From Candidatus Hodarchaeota archaeon (lineage in GTDB: Archaea; Asgardarchaeota; Lokiarchaeia; Sigyniarchaeales; SOKP01), in NCBI GenBank assembly GCA_048886685.1, contig JBHLKM010000017.1, positions 36,407 through 100,406 of the forward strand: DNA of 64,000 nt, in the 5' to 3' direction. This document shows positions 1 to 10,712 of this stretch, piece by piece. The notes beneath the pieces are model-generated. The model had not been told where the DNA came from. It did not search any database and was given only the letters and a program-made list of their open reading frames with translations. Position numbers and translations under genes: made by a program. Position 1 is the stretch's first letter. Each line of letters starts with the position of its first letter.

Positions 1-395
1 AATATTGGTAAGTTCAAGGGATTTGTTAATTTGAGCTTTAAGCTACATTTATTATCTGTCATATAAAGAAACGCATTATTTACTTTACCGGAATCTGTTT
101 TGTCTGTATCAAAGATTTCCTCAACCTTTAAGGAAGAATCTTTAAGATCCATTATTTCGTATTCTTTATTAAAATCTTGGGCAGGATTTAGTGTTCCTAA
201 TGTAAGTTCTTTCGATTCCAATGAAGTGTTTAAATTTTCCTTAACATTACATATCAAATTCCATAATCTACTTCTTTGTGTTGGATTTTTCACAACCAGC
301 GTTCCTTTCCCTGAAATTTCTTTAAGATTTTGTTCTCCATCAATGACTATATGTTCGCGATCAGTTATGTCAATAATAACTAGATTTTCTGACAT
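1..395 (-). CDS. Hypothetical protein, 5' part only (runs off window start); N-terminus tentatively mu-homology-domain-like
   Basis: Manual translation from ATG at 395: MSENLVIIDITDREHIVIDGEQNLKEISGKGTLVVKNPTQRSRLWNLICNVKENLNTSLESKELTLGTLNPAQDFNKEYEI..., open to position 1. Absent from the ORF track because it has no stop in the window. Divergent from the 573 gene. Confidence 0.75.
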   Translation of the reverse strand, partial: MSENLVIIDITDREHIVIDGEQNLKEISGKGTLVVKNPTQRSRLWNLICNVKENLNTSLESKELTLGTLNPAQDFNKEYEIMDLKDSSLKVEEIFDTDKTDSGKVNNAFLYMTDNKCSLKLKLTNPLNLPI

Positions 396-572
396 TCGAT
401 AATCTTCTCGTATTTATATTATTCAGATTTAGAAAAAATTTTTATACAAAATTTGTTATCAAAATTTTACTAAATAATAAATTAAATTAATTTAAAATTT
501 TGTTTTCCATAATTTTTTAATTGATAATCAATATCGTTGACATAGAATTATAATTATTTAATTTAAAACACT

Positions 573-1379
573 GTGTTAAACGACAAATTTTGGGAAGTAG
601 TCAAAAGATTTAATCTTCTTATGAAGTCGGCAATTGAAGGACCAAATTGCTTAGAGGTGTGTAATGGTGATTGTTGTTCAATTATGATTGATGTCCCTAA
701 AATTTTAGCAAAAGAATATATTGAGCGGGGTTATGCTGTTAAAAAAGACTTTATTAGAAGCGATATTTTTAGTTTTAAATTAAGGTTTGATGATACAAAA
801 AGAAAGTGTTTTTTATATGATAAAAAAATTAATGGATGTCTTGTTCATAGTTCAGGGATCAAACCTCCTCAATGTTGGATTTACCCTACGAATTTTTCCA
901 ACTCTGAAAAAAAGGAAATAAGTTGTAAAAAAGCAAAGGGTTGGAAAATTATTGATTCTGCCAAAACAGAAGAAGCAGAAAATTTATTAAAATATTATGT
1001 CTTTCTTTGCCAGCTTGAAGCTAAAAGTGAAATAAGAAACCTTAAGGAACGTGTTGCTAAAAGTTTAGGAAATGGTAGCTTAAAATCCCTTCTGAAAAGT
1101 ACTCCTCCGAGTCGAATTTCCGGTTTTAAAGAGGGCTGGGATTGCTTTACTGTCCTACCATCAGAGGGAATCTCATTACAATTAAAAAAGTTTTGTCAAA
1201 GATATAATGAAACATGCCTGACTGCTACTCAAAATTTCATGGAATGTACATCAATTTGTGACAAAGTCTCTGATGCTATTAGTAGTTTTTTACAACAAAA
1301 CTTATGTAATTATGTAAACAAAAAAGGACCTAACGTAGCAGGCGAGTATTTATTTAATGAAATAGATTTTGATGAGTAA
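573..1379 (+). CDS. YkgJ/CxxCxxCC-family cysteine-cluster (Zn/Fe-chelating) protein
   Basis: NCLEVCNGDCC followed by CFLYD..C.VH...KPPQCWIYP, the family Cys pattern; extra C-terminal Cys cluster. Confidence 0.7.
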   Translation: MLNDKFWEVVKRFNLLMKSAIEGPNCLEVCNGDCCSIMIDVPKILAKEYIERGYAVKKDFIRSDIFSFKLRFDDTKRKCFLYDKKINGCLVHSSGIKPPQCWIYPTNFSNSEKKEISCKKAKGWKIIDSAKTEEAENLLKYYVFLCQLEAKSEIRNLKERVAKSLGNGSLKSLLKSTPPSRISGFKEGWDCFTVLPSEGISLQLKKFCQRYNETCLTATQNFMECTSICDKVSDAISSFLQQNLCNYVNKKGPNVAGEYLFNEIDFDE

Positions 1380-1523
1380 TTTTGTCGTCCAAGTGAAGAT
1401 TCATAGGGTTAATTTACGTTATTGTTATTGTACGTATGTATTCTCTACATAATACTTATTTTTAAGTAATATTATTGAAATAACATTTACATAACACAAT
1501 CAGATTTTGTATAGTGAGTGTAG

Positions 1524-1892
1524 ATGGCATTTTCAGATAAAAGCTTAAATGAATTAGCCAAGAATGTTTTTTCAGATAAATATGAGTTTGTTGATGGTCC
1601 AGTACAAGTTAAAGGTAATTCTGGAAAATTTTGGACCTTTGATGCTGTTGTAAAAAACAAACTGAACACTTTTGGAGTATTTATAAGAGATTGGAAAAGA
1701 GAGATTTCAATTACACAGCTTCGACAACTACATAAAGCTTGTATCGATACCAAAATTCAAGGTGGTATTATGGTATGTAACATTATAACAGACTTTTCTC
1801 GGGATTACAGTTCTCAATTTGGAATTCAACTGCTTTCTAGGGGACATTTGATTTCTACATTGAGAAGAAGACAATTTCAAAACAATTTTTAA
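1524..1892 (+). CDS. Mrr-like restriction-endonuclease-fold protein, probably catalytically degenerate
   Basis: KGNSGKFWTFD and I.ITQLRQL...GGIMV....T..SR....QFGIQLL match the Mrr_cat pattern; the (E/Q)xK motif is replaced by FIRDW. Confidence 0.6.
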   Translation: MAFSDKSLNELAKNVFSDKYEFVDGPVQVKGNSGKFWTFDAVVKNKLNTFGVFIRDWKREISITQLRQLHKACIDTKIQGGIMVCNIITDFSRDYSSQFGIQLLSRGHLISTLRRRQFQNNF

Positions 1893-1914
1893 AAAAAGTA
1901 AATGGATAATAAAA

Positions 1915-2073
1915 ATGTGTAAAGGTTTTAATTGTTTAGATTGTCCCGCATTTCATAGTGAAAATTGTTATTATTACGGGAAACGGATTTTGGATTATTA
2001 TAAAAAAGTTCAACTTGAAATTGAGAACAGATACCCAAATAGATATTCTCTGATTTTGGAAACTTTTTCTTAA
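1915..2073 (+). CDS. Small Cys-rich hypothetical protein (52 aa)
   Basis: Manual translation MCKGFNCLDCPAFHSENCYYYGKRILDYYKKVQLEIENRYPNRYSLILETFS*; 22 nt after the previous gene, same strand; below the ORF-track cutoff. Confidence 0.5.
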   Translation: MCKGFNCLDCPAFHSENCYYYGKRILDYYKKVQLEIENRYPNRYSLILETFS

Positions 2074-2221
2074 CTTAATATATTGCAAAATGAGAATATC
2101 CTGATCTGTAACATTTTATTTGGATTTTAGGATAGAGTATAATTAGAATGTTAAATATTTATAAATCGCCGATTAAAATTATTATAATATATCTTAATTA
2201 AGAAATTCAAATGATAGAATT

Positions 2222-2515
2222 TTGATATTTGTCTATAAATTCAATGAAGACTTAGGAGAATTTAAGGAAATAAAAGTAAAAGAGAATGTCCCCTTGTTTG
2301 AATTATTAGATTCTAACAACCTCTTACTTTTTGTTGATGTTCATGGTGAGAAAGTGTGGGTATGGGAAGGTCAAAATACATCAACAAGGATGAAATTTAT
2401 TTCTGCTCAGGAAGCGCCAAAAATTCGAGATAAACACGACTTAGCATTTAGAATCTGTTCAGTTGATGACGGAGATGAGACTGCCGCCTTCAAAATATTG
2501 GTGGGTCTTATCTGA
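2222..2515 (+). CDS. Single-domain gelsolin-like protein (Asgard eukaryotic signature protein)
   Basis: LLDSNNLLLFVD....KVWVWEG.NTSTRMKFISA..A..IR.......I.SVDDGDETAAF matches the gelsolin-repeat consensus. Confidence 0.85.
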   Translation: MIFVYKFNEDLGEFKEIKVKENVPLFELLDSNNLLLFVDVHGEKVWVWEGQNTSTRMKFISAQEAPKIRDKHDLAFRICSVDDGDETAAFKILVGLI

Positions 2516-2628
2516 GTTAATTTTATAGGTTCTATTCTTATTTCAAAAATTTGTAGGGAGATTTAATATAAAACCCTTATTATATGAACCATAAGATAAG
2601 TTCATTAAATTGAAAATGGCAAAAAATT

Positions 2629-4785
2629 TTGAATTCTAAAAAAGATTCTGTTGAAGAGGAATACGTATTCGAATTCTATGATGAAGATTACAGTGAATCC
2701 TTGGAAACAGAGGAAACAAAAGTTATAGAAGAATATAACGATATAAATTTTAAGGAGGATTTAAACGAAGAGCAACTTGAAATAATTAACAACATAAATG
2801 GACCAATGCTTGTAATTGCAGGTGCAGGTAGTGGTAAAACTAGAACAATTACTTATGCAGTTGCTAAATTATTATTATCGGGGGTAATTTCGAGTGAAAT
2901 CATGCTGGTTACCTTTACTAATAAAGCCGCCAATGAAATGATCGAACGTGTAGAAACTCTTTTAGGCAAGCGACCGAAAGGGATCTGGGGTGGAACATTT
3001 CATTCAATAGCCAATCGTTTTATCCGAATCTACGCAAAAACATTAGGCTTAAAGCCAAATTATACAATAATGGATGAAACTGATGCTAGAGCATTAATGA
3101 AGCTTTCAATAGAGAAAGCTAATGTGAAAGAAATAGAAGAACGTTTTCCTAATTCTAGAATGGCAAAAGCTATTTTATCCTATTCTATTAATTGTAATAA
3201 AACAATCCAAGATGTAGTCCTTTGGAAATATTCCCAATATGATAGGGAAGATGTCATTAGAAAATTAGATGAAGTCTTTAATATCTATAGAAAGAAAAAA
3301 GCTCAAGATAATCTAGTTGACTTCGATGATCTCTTAATATACTGGAATCAGTTGTTAGATGAGAGAGCAGTTGCTCAGCTGATTGCACAGAAGATTAGAT
3401 ACGTCCTTGTTGATGAGTATCAAGATACTAATTATATCCAAGATGAAATCATATATAAAATAGTAAAGCAAAACCCAGATCATAATGTAATAGCAGTTGG
3501 AGATGATGCTCAAAGTATATATGCCTTTCGCGGAGCTAATTTTGAAAACATTTTACATTTTGAAAAAAAATATGAAAATTGTAAGAAATATACTATAACC
3601 TATAACTATAGAAGTGTTCCACAGATTTTAGCTTTAGCAAATAATTCAATTCAACATAATATAAAGCAGTTTAAAAAATCTATGAGAACAACTCGTCCCG
3701 AAGGATTACATCCATTTCAAGTTAACTTAGGAGATGATAAAGAACAAGCATATTTTATTGCGAAACAAGTATTAAAATTACACTCAGAAGGATATGAATT
3801 AAAAGATATGGCAATTCTTGTCCGTGCTGGTTTCCACACATTAAGAATAGAACTTGAACTAAAAGCAAAAAATATACCATATGAAGTACGAGCAGGAGTA
3901 GCGTTTTTTGAAAAAGCTCATATTAAAGATGTGATAGCACATCTGCGAATAATTGAGAATTCATATGATGAAATTTCATGGTCTCGAATTTTTGCCATCA
4001 TTCAAGGGATAGGCCCCACATCAGGGATTAAAATATTTGAAAGGATTTCTAAAACGGAGTCTCCTCTTGATGCTTTAGTTAATAAGATGTTCTATGCTGA
4101 ACAATTAAAAGGATCTAAAATCCCAAAAGAGGGTATAAAGAATACAATATCTTATGTAAAAAATCTTTTAGGATTTACTTCAGAGGATAGTCCTTCTGAA
4201 GTCATTAAACAATTAATGTTCATTTTAGAAGATTACATTAAATCAAAATATGATAACTGGCAAGATCGAATGGATGATTTAAATCAATTAAGCATTTATG
4301 CAAATTATTTTCCAACTATTCGCAAATTTTTAGAAAATCTGAGTTTGAACTTATCAAATATAGAATCTAAAACAGTTTTAGCTGGAAGTACGATGGAAGA
4401 AGAAAAACCCCTAATTTTATCTACTATTCACCGAGCAAAAGGACTTGAATGGAGAGTAATATTCATACCAATGTTATGTGAAGATTTATTTCCTTCTTCT
4501 AGAGTAAAGGGAGATCCTGAAGGTTTTGAGGAGGAGCGTCGTGTATTCTATGTAGCTGTTACAAGAACTAAAGATCAATTATATTTGATATCCCCATCTT
4601 TAGTTCAAGGTTCTAAAGGATATCAAACTCTAAGAATCTCACCTTTTATCTCAGAGTTGAACCCAAAAGTCTATAAAAAATCATCGGTACAAATCACATC
4701 AAAGAGAAAAGCTAAGAGAGCAGATTCAAGTAAAAGGGGAAAATCCCTCTTTCAAACAGCAGATGAATTGTTAAAAAAGGATTAA
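2629..4785 (+). CDS. uvrD: UvrD/PcrA/Rep superfamily-1 ATP-dependent DNA helicase
   Basis: LNEEQ Q-motif, AGAGSGKT, TFTNKAA, LVDEYQD, VGDDAQSIYAFRGA, NYRS, STIHRAKGLEW, EEERRVFYVAVTR. Confidence 0.95.
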   Translation: MNSKKDSVEEEYVFEFYDEDYSESLETEETKVIEEYNDINFKEDLNEEQLEIINNINGPMLVIAGAGSGKTRTITYAVAKLLLSGVISSEIMLVTFTNKAANEMIERVETLLGKRPKGIWGGTFHSIANRFIRIYAKTLGLKPNYTIMDETDARALMKLSIEKANVKEIEERFPNSRMAKAILSYSINCNKTIQDVVLWKYSQYDREDVIRKLDEVFNIYRKKKAQDNLVDFDDLLIYWNQLLDERAVAQLIAQKIRYVLVDEYQDTNYIQDEIIYKIVKQNPDHNVIAVGDDAQSIYAFRGANFENILHFEKKYENCKKYTITYNYRSVPQILALANNSIQHNIKQFKKSMRTTRPEGLHPFQVNLGDDKEQAYFIAKQVLKLHSEGYELKDMAILVRAGFHTLRIELELKAKNIPYEVRAGVAFFEKAHIKDVIAHLRIIENSYDEISWSRIFAIIQGIGPTSGIKIFERISKTESPLDALVNKMFYAEQLKGSKIPKEGIKNTISYVKNLLGFTSEDSPSEVIKQLMFILEDYIKSKYDNWQDRMDDLNQLSIYANYFPTIRKFLENLSLNLSNIESKTVLAGSTMEEEKPLILSTIHRAKGLEWRVIFIPMLCEDLFPSSRVKGDPEGFEEERRVFYVAVTRTKDQLYLISPSLVQGSKGYQTLRISPFISELNPKVYKKSSVQITSKRKAKRADSSKRGKSLFQTADELLKKD

Positions 4786-4850
4786 TTACAGATACAAAAT
4801 AGAATAACACAATAAATTAAATCTATATTATTTATAATTGGTGATATTAT

Positions 4851-5639
4851 ATGAAATTAAGATGGTTATTAACAGCTGCGTTTGAAATATTGACTGGCAA
4901 GTATAGAATCTTAATAGACCCATGGATTTCAAGGCCTTCAGATGCAGATCCACAATTAAGAACTAAAATAAGTGATATAAGAGGTTTTGATGCTATTTTT
5001 CTCTCTCATGGTCATTTTGATCATGCCTTTGATGTACCTGAAATCGTTAAAAACACAGAAACAAAGATTTATTGTTCCAAACAGGTTAGAGATCTATTTC
5101 TAAAAGAACTTGACTTGGATCAAAAAAATCTTGTAGAAATTAAACCCTCTCAAGTTATCGAATTTTCCCCAGATCTCAATGTAAAAGTAATTAGAAGCCA
5201 ACATATTCAATTTGATGATTTTGTTATGAAAAGAATTGAGCTGCTCCGCTCTGCTAATCTAATAGAAACTTATGGCCACGATTTTGCTGAGCTAAATAAA
5301 TATATTGCGGGAGATGTATTTGGATTCCTAATGGATTTTTCAAATGGTAAAAGACTAGTGCATTTTGGAAGTGGTGGATATTTTGAGGAAGAACTAAGAA
5401 AATTGCCTAAAGATATTGATATCTTCCTTGCTCCTGTTGCTGGAAGAGGTGATGTTGATAAGGTTATTGCAAAGATGGCAAATATTTTCAAACCCAAAAT
5501 GATCATTCCACATCATTATGATGATTTTTTTCCTCCGCTTACATGGAATTCTTATTCTAATTTTGATGAAGAAGTTAAGAAATTAGATCCAAATATGGTT
5601 GTAAATAAATTGGGGCATGAAACTTATTACGATTTTTAA
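4851..5639 (+). CDS. MBL-fold metallo-hydrolase (UlaG/UPF0173-like)
   Basis: ILIDPW, SHGHFDH, IPHHYD; GGTGA SD upstream. Confidence 0.9.
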   Translation: MKLRWLLTAAFEILTGKYRILIDPWISRPSDADPQLRTKISDIRGFDAIFLSHGHFDHAFDVPEIVKNTETKIYCSKQVRDLFLKELDLDQKNLVEIKPSQVIEFSPDLNVKVIRSQHIQFDDFVMKRIELLRSANLIETYGHDFAELNKYIAGDVFGFLMDFSNGKRLVHFGSGGYFEEELRKLPKDIDIFLAPVAGRGDVDKVIAKMANIFKPKMIIPHHYDDFFPPLTWNSYSNFDEEVKKLDPNMVVNKLGHETYYDF

Positions 5640-5699
5640 TCTATTCTATTTTTTTCAAAGTAAATTTCGAGATATTGATATGAATAAATCTAATTAATT

Positions 5700-7787
5700 T
5701 CATATAACTTCTTTCGTGACTCTGGTTATGTGGTTTTCCTTTTTAAAATTAAATATATCGGTTACAAAAGAATCAAGATTCCTCTCATGAGATATTATTA
5801 TCATTTGAGAAGTATTTAATTTCTCAAAAATGGGTTGCATTCGATTAATTTGTTGTTGGCTGAAACCATCAGTAGGTTCGTCTAGGATCAACAAATCCTT
5901 GGTTTTAACTTCTTGATATCGCTCATTAATAATTTTATTTAAAGCTAATCGATAGGCTAAAGAAAGTGCACTTTTTTCTCCTCCAGATAGATCTTTAAAA
6001 GGGGATTCATAACCGTTAACATATACAATAGGTTGAAAGTCGTCAGTTCTGATTTCAACTTCAATATTTTTATCTTCTACTAATTCATGGAACCATTCTT
6101 TGAAATAAGAATTAAAGTGGTGAGCACTTGAAGCGAGAATTTTTTTTTCAATATCTCTGATCAAAATAGGGAATTGTTCACTAACCCAGTTTTTTAATTG
6201 AGAATAGTAAGTTAAATCATCTTGTAGTGATTTTTTTAACTGAATATTAGATTTCAATTCCAACAATTCTTTCTGTAGATACTCAAGACTCTTTTTTTGG
6301 GCACTTAGCTCATTTCCAGATGATTCTTTACTTGAATTCAGTTTGTTTAGGAACTCTTTTTTTGTATTTAGTTTAGCTTTTATTTTTTCCCCATAATTCT
6401 TGAATTTAAGTAAGTCAGAAATTTTATATTCTGATAATATTATCATTATCTCTTTCTGATTACTAGTTATTTTCTCAAAAAATTCTGTTATTAGAGTATT
6501 TAGGTCCGCTTCTCTCTTCATCTTTTCCGAAATTAGGTTATTTAATGCATCCCTTTTATTTTTAACTCTTTGGGATTCGCGTAAAACTTTTAGTGAATTC
6601 TTTAGTTCATTGATTTTTTGAGTTAAATCATCTATCTCATTTGAAATCCTACTTAAGTTTAATGTTGCGTCATTATATTCTTTTTCAAATCTGTCTTTTT
6701 CATGAATTGCTTGTCCACATAAAGAACACTTACCTTTTTTTAATAACTTATCAACATCTGCCAAAACTTTTTTTATTACAGCTATTTCATTTTCTTTTTG
6801 CGATTTTAAATTTTGTGTCTTTTCTAATTGATTTTCCAATTCATCTTCGCTGAGTTCTGTTTTAACCTTAATTTCTTTTAAATTTTTCAGCTCTTCTTCT
6901 TTTCCAGCTATTTCTTTTTGAATCTTATTCAGAGCTGACTTATTTTTATTCTGTTTCTCTTTGTATTCAATGATATTAGACTCTTTGTTTTCAATTTGCA
7001 CTAATTTCTTAGAATAAATATCTAAATTTTTTTGGATATCCCCAATTAATTTTTCTTGAGAACTTATTTCATTCTGTGTTTTTTCAATTTCAGATTCAAT
7101 ATTTTTAATTTGTTGTTTTGTATCTTCTAGTTCTTCTCCTTTTTGAACTATATCATCTTCAGGTTCCCCAATCTGCTTAATCTTAATCTTAAATTCTTTA
7201 AATTTGTCATTTAAGTAATCTTTAATTATATCTATATTCCTTAACGCAATCTCATATTTTTCAATACCAAAAACTTCTTTTAATATTTCAAAACGATCAT
7301 CAGGATCTGATTGAATGATTTCTTTTATCTGTTCTTGAGGAGTATAGACTGTATACCTAAATAATGGTAATTTTGTCGCTTTTTCATAACGAGAAACAGA
7401 ATATGAGAGTAAAGACAGTATTTTCCTGCGCATATCTGTAGGAGCATAGGAAATTTCTGTTCCATTATCATGATCAGTGAATAAACATTCTTTTTGAGAA
7501 ACCCTTCCTTTTCGATCTTTTGATAAACTCCTTTTAATTGAATATTTCTTCCCGTCGATCGAAAACATTAAACGAACTGAAGCTGAGTTTCTTCCTCTCC
7601 TTAAAAGAGAATCGCCGCTTAAATCTCCATGAATTAATGTTCCAAATAGAGCAAATTCTATAGATTTTAATACTGAAGACTTCCCACTACCTACATCTCC
7701 AAAAAATAACATTGTAGAAGAGGGAAATTCTATCTCTTGGCTTCTAATGCTTCGAATATTTGTTATTTCAATTGATTCTAGTATCAT
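5700..7787 (-). CDS. rad50: DNA double-strand break repair ATPase Rad50
   Basis: NIRS, Walker A GDVGSGKSS, central CSLC zinc hook within coiled coil, LSGGEK signature, LLILDEPT, ISHE; directly after mre11. Confidence 0.93.
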   Translation of the reverse strand: MILESIEITNIRSIRSQEIEFPSSTMLFFGDVGSGKSSVLKSIEFALFGTLIHGDLSGDSLLRRGRNSASVRLMFSIDGKKYSIKRSLSKDRKGRVSQKECLFTDHDNGTEISYAPTDMRRKILSLLSYSVSRYEKATKLPLFRYTVYTPQEQIKEIIQSDPDDRFEILKEVFGIEKYEIALRNIDIIKDYLNDKFKEFKIKIKQIGEPEDDIVQKGEELEDTKQQIKNIESEIEKTQNEISSQEKLIGDIQKNLDIYSKKLVQIENKESNIIEYKEKQNKNKSALNKIQKEIAGKEEELKNLKEIKVKTELSEDELENQLEKTQNLKSQKENEIAVIKKVLADVDKLLKKGKCSLCGQAIHEKDRFEKEYNDATLNLSRISNEIDDLTQKINELKNSLKVLRESQRVKNKRDALNNLISEKMKREADLNTLITEFFEKITSNQKEIMIILSEYKISDLLKFKNYGEKIKAKLNTKKEFLNKLNSSKESSGNELSAQKKSLEYLQKELLELKSNIQLKKSLQDDLTYYSQLKNWVSEQFPILIRDIEKKILASSAHHFNSYFKEWFHELVEDKNIEVEIRTDDFQPIVYVNGYESPFKDLSGGEKSALSLAYRLALNKIINERYQEVKTKDLLILDEPTDGFSQQQINRMQPIFEKLNTSQMIIISHERNLDSFVTDIFNFKKENHITRVTKEVI

Positions 7788-7807
7788 TGTTTGTAACCCT
7801 TAGATTC

Positions 7808-9082
7808 TTAAATTTCAAATATACTTAAAAAAGATTGTTTTAAAGATTCATTATAATTCATTACTTTTGTACCAATTTGTCTTTCTGTTCCAAGTGAACT
7901 TAAAAGCTGATATATTTTTTTTTCTATCTTAGTTGTTTCAAAGTCTTTAATTTTAATATTATTAGCATGTTCTTTTATTAAAGTTTCTTCAATTTCTTCA
8001 TTAGACTCTCCCACAGAAACACTTATAGCTTGGTATTCTATTGTTGTGAGTGCATTTTTATTAATTAAAACTTCATAGGCTCCTTTTTCTTTAAAATTTT
8101 GAATGATTTCATCAATTTTTATATCATATGTTTTACCCGAAGATAAAGGGCCAAATAATCTGATTGTTACGATTTTATCTTGATAACCTCTATTAGATAA
8201 TTCTTTTTTTAGTTTATTTAGAACTGCAGATACTGATTTATTTGTACAATCAAGATATATATTAACGATATCGATTACTTTGATTGGGTTGAATTTAACT
8301 TTTAAATCTAGTTTTTCACCTTTCAGTTCACCCGACACTAAGCAAAAACCTCCATGAACAATTCTTTCAAGCTCTCTAAAATCAGTGGGGAAAATACAAC
8401 CTGGATAAATTATGTTATTTTTCTCACTGATTTGTATAGGATTCCCATCCATCTTTAATTTATCTGGAAGTGTTTTATGAAGATGACCTCCTGCATAATA
8501 GTCAAAACTTTGAGGTAATAAAGATTTAGGAGCAGATTCCATATCTTTGAATTCTTTAGGTTTCAATTCATTTAGCATTGTATGTAGAATAAAGATTTTC
8601 GGGCCTTTTTCAACTTCGAGAGATTCTCTATCTAAATTATGATAATCTTCTATTTCTAGGCTACGTTTTCTAGCCCTTAAACCTGTTAATTTAATTTTAG
8701 TCTTTTGATCTTGGAATAAATTTAATTTTAATTTTCCTTCTTCTGTCATTTCTCCCTTGGATACATCTATAAATAGCCCTGCAGTGATTAAAGGTCTAAT
8801 CATTGATTTATTTGAAGGGGAAAAATCATGAGAACCCATAATACCATAAACAGGTATTTCATTATCCTTTAGTTTTTTTAATTCTTGAGTTGCTAAATCT
8901 ACTACTTCCACTTTTGGATTACTAACATCATATAAATCACCACTAATAATCACAAAATCTACTTCTTCATCAATGATATAATCTGTGGTTTTTTCAAACG
9001 CCTTATATCCTAGTTCATTCAATCTCTCATTTCGCCAAGCACCTAAATGAACATCTGAAATATGAGCAAATTTAACTTTCAT
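7808..9082 (-). CDS. mre11: DNA double-strand break repair nuclease Mre11
   Basis: SDVHLG, SGDLYD, GSHD, GGHLH, IYPG phosphoesterase motifs; operon context. Confidence 0.93.
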   Translation of the reverse strand: MKVKFAHISDVHLGAWRNERLNELGYKAFEKTTDYIIDEEVDFVIISGDLYDVSNPKVEVVDLATQELKKLKDNEIPVYGIMGSHDFSPSNKSMIRPLITAGLFIDVSKGEMTEEGKLKLNLFQDQKTKIKLTGLRARKRSLEIEDYHNLDRESLEVEKGPKIFILHTMLNELKPKEFKDMESAPKSLLPQSFDYYAGGHLHKTLPDKLKMDGNPIQISEKNNIIYPGCIFPTDFRELERIVHGGFCLVSGELKGEKLDLKVKFNPIKVIDIVNIYLDCTNKSVSAVLNKLKKELSNRGYQDKIVTIRLFGPLSSGKTYDIKIDEIIQNFKEKGAYEVLINKNALTTIEYQAISVSVGESNEEIEETLIKEHANNIKIKDFETTKIEKKIYQLLSSLGTERQIGTKVMNYNESLKQSFLSIFEI

Positions 9083-9112
9083 AATTACATTTTTTTTTGA
9101 ATATTTATTATC

Positions 9113-10690
9113 TTAAAATCCTGGAGATGTTTTTTTTATTTTTTTTTCGGTTTTAATTTTATCTTTTTGACCCTCTAATAAAACCTCGTAAAAAGGTATC
9201 TTAATTGGAACTGCGAATTTAGTAAAATTTGATGTAACAATTGCTTCACCAATGTCTAAACTTGCAATTGTTTGGCTATCATCCGCAAGATCTTGAGCAG
9301 AGCTTTCTATTAGGGTCCGTCTTTCCGGACCCATCTCATTTCCTAGTATTATTTTTGTATTCATATTCGCTAGGATTTCTCTATCAATTAAGCTTGGTAA
9401 TTGGGTAATTCCAATTAAACCAATATTAAACTTTCTACCCTCTCTTGCTATTTTGCCAAAAACATTATCTCTCGTTTCTAATACTTTTTTCCCTATTACT
9501 CTAGGAGCTTCTTCTAAAATAATTGTTATAACTGGTTTATTTTCTAATTCATCTATGAATTTAAATCTCTTATACTCATTAAATAAGTTTTCTACAATGA
9601 TTGTTGCAATGAAAATCTCCTGAGCACCTTCAAATAAAGATGTATCGACAATTACAGTTTTACCTTCAATCAAAGAGTTTACAATATTACTAATAGTTGA
9701 TTCATATCCACTCAATGTATATATACCTCTTTCCACAATGTCATTATTTTCGTCAAATCCAAAGTTTAATAAAATTGATAATCTTCTTCTGAGAACGTCT
9801 AGAGTACCTTGTGCAAGCCCTCCAGGTCTCCCATAGGTATCAGTATCATCACTAAAAATCGCTTGAATCCAGTTTTCCCTATGTATTCGATAAAAACCTA
9901 TTAAAGCTTCTATTTGAGGTTGAGTGAAATTAAGGCTCCCCATAGCATGTATGGGTTCTATTAGTTTAACATTGAATTTTAAATCCAATTTCCCGGGTAT
10001 TGGCCTAATCGTATAAAAATCTATATATTTAGAACTTTCAGGATGTTCTTTTAATCCCTTTTGACTCACTGTCCCATAATATTCATTATGAGGATCAAAT
10101 ACTAATTTCCCACAATTTTCATTTTCCATTAAATTAAAAAGAATTGTTTTTACTAGATTTGATTTACCTCTACCAGTAGTAGCTGGAATTAGGATATGGT
10201 GTCTTAAAACATCTGTCGCCTCAAGTTTAACCTTAGTTTTTAGAACCTTAGAACCAGAACGAATTTTACCTAGATTTAATGGATTCTCGATATTTTCTTC
10301 CTTAAAAAATTCTAAATGGCTATCTTCTATTTCGAAAGTATCTGAAAAGAAGCTAGGTAGTCGTTTAGGTAGTAACAACTTATTTTCCTTAACAGATACT
10401 AATGGCCTAGCAAGAGCTAAAACATAATTTCGCAGTTCAGGTTCATATATTTTTAAATCAGACTTATCTCTCTCTAATCCATAACCCGCCATTAATTCAA
10501 GAACATTATCCGGAATTTGACTACCATAAAATAAGTCTTTGATTTGATAAATACTATATTCTTTTCTATTCTTCCCAGCAATAAAAAGCTGACCTAGCTC
10601 AAATTCTTGATCTGATTTCTGTCTAAGTATTAATTTAACTAAGGAAGTGCCAGTAACAAAACTACCAATTTTTTTTCCTAAGTCTACCAT
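9113..10690 (-). CDS. herA: HerA helicase/translocase
   Basis: N-terminal HAS-barrel-like region, [35 protein letters not shown]; operon context. Confidence 0.92.
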   Translation of the reverse strand: MVDLGKKIGSFVTGTSLVKLILRQKSDQEFELGQLFIAGKNRKEYSIYQIKDLFYGSQIPDNVLELMAGYGLERDKSDLKIYEPELRNYVLALARPLVSVKENKLLLPKRLPSFFSDTFEIEDSHLEFFKEENIENPLNLGKIRSGSKVLKTKVKLEATDVLRHHILIPATTGRGKSNLVKTILFNLMENENCGKLVFDPHNEYYGTVSQKGLKEHPESSKYIDFYTIRPIPGKLDLKFNVKLIEPIHAMGSLNFTQPQIEALIGFYRIHRENWIQAIFSDDTDTYGRPGGLAQGTLDVLRRRLSILLNFGFDENNDIVERGIYTLSGYESTISNIVNSLIEGKTVIVDTSLFEGAQEIFIATIIVENLFNEYKRFKFIDELENKPVITIILEEAPRVIGKKVLETRDNVFGKIAREGRKFNIGLIGITQLPSLIDREILANMNTKIILGNEMGPERRTLIESSAQDLADDSQTIASLDIGEAIVTSNFTKFAVPIKIPFYEVLLEGQKDKIKTEKKIKKTSPGF

Positions 10691-10712
10691 TTTTTAAACC
10701 ATAAACACTATA

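Noticed and set aside
100-402. Plus-strand 100-aa ORF and the many short antisense ORFs in the track (e.g. 17523-17786, 24837-25277, 29294-29707, 59943-60350, 61944-62360)
   Set aside because: They are shadows of well-supported genes on the opposite strand, with no motifs of their own.
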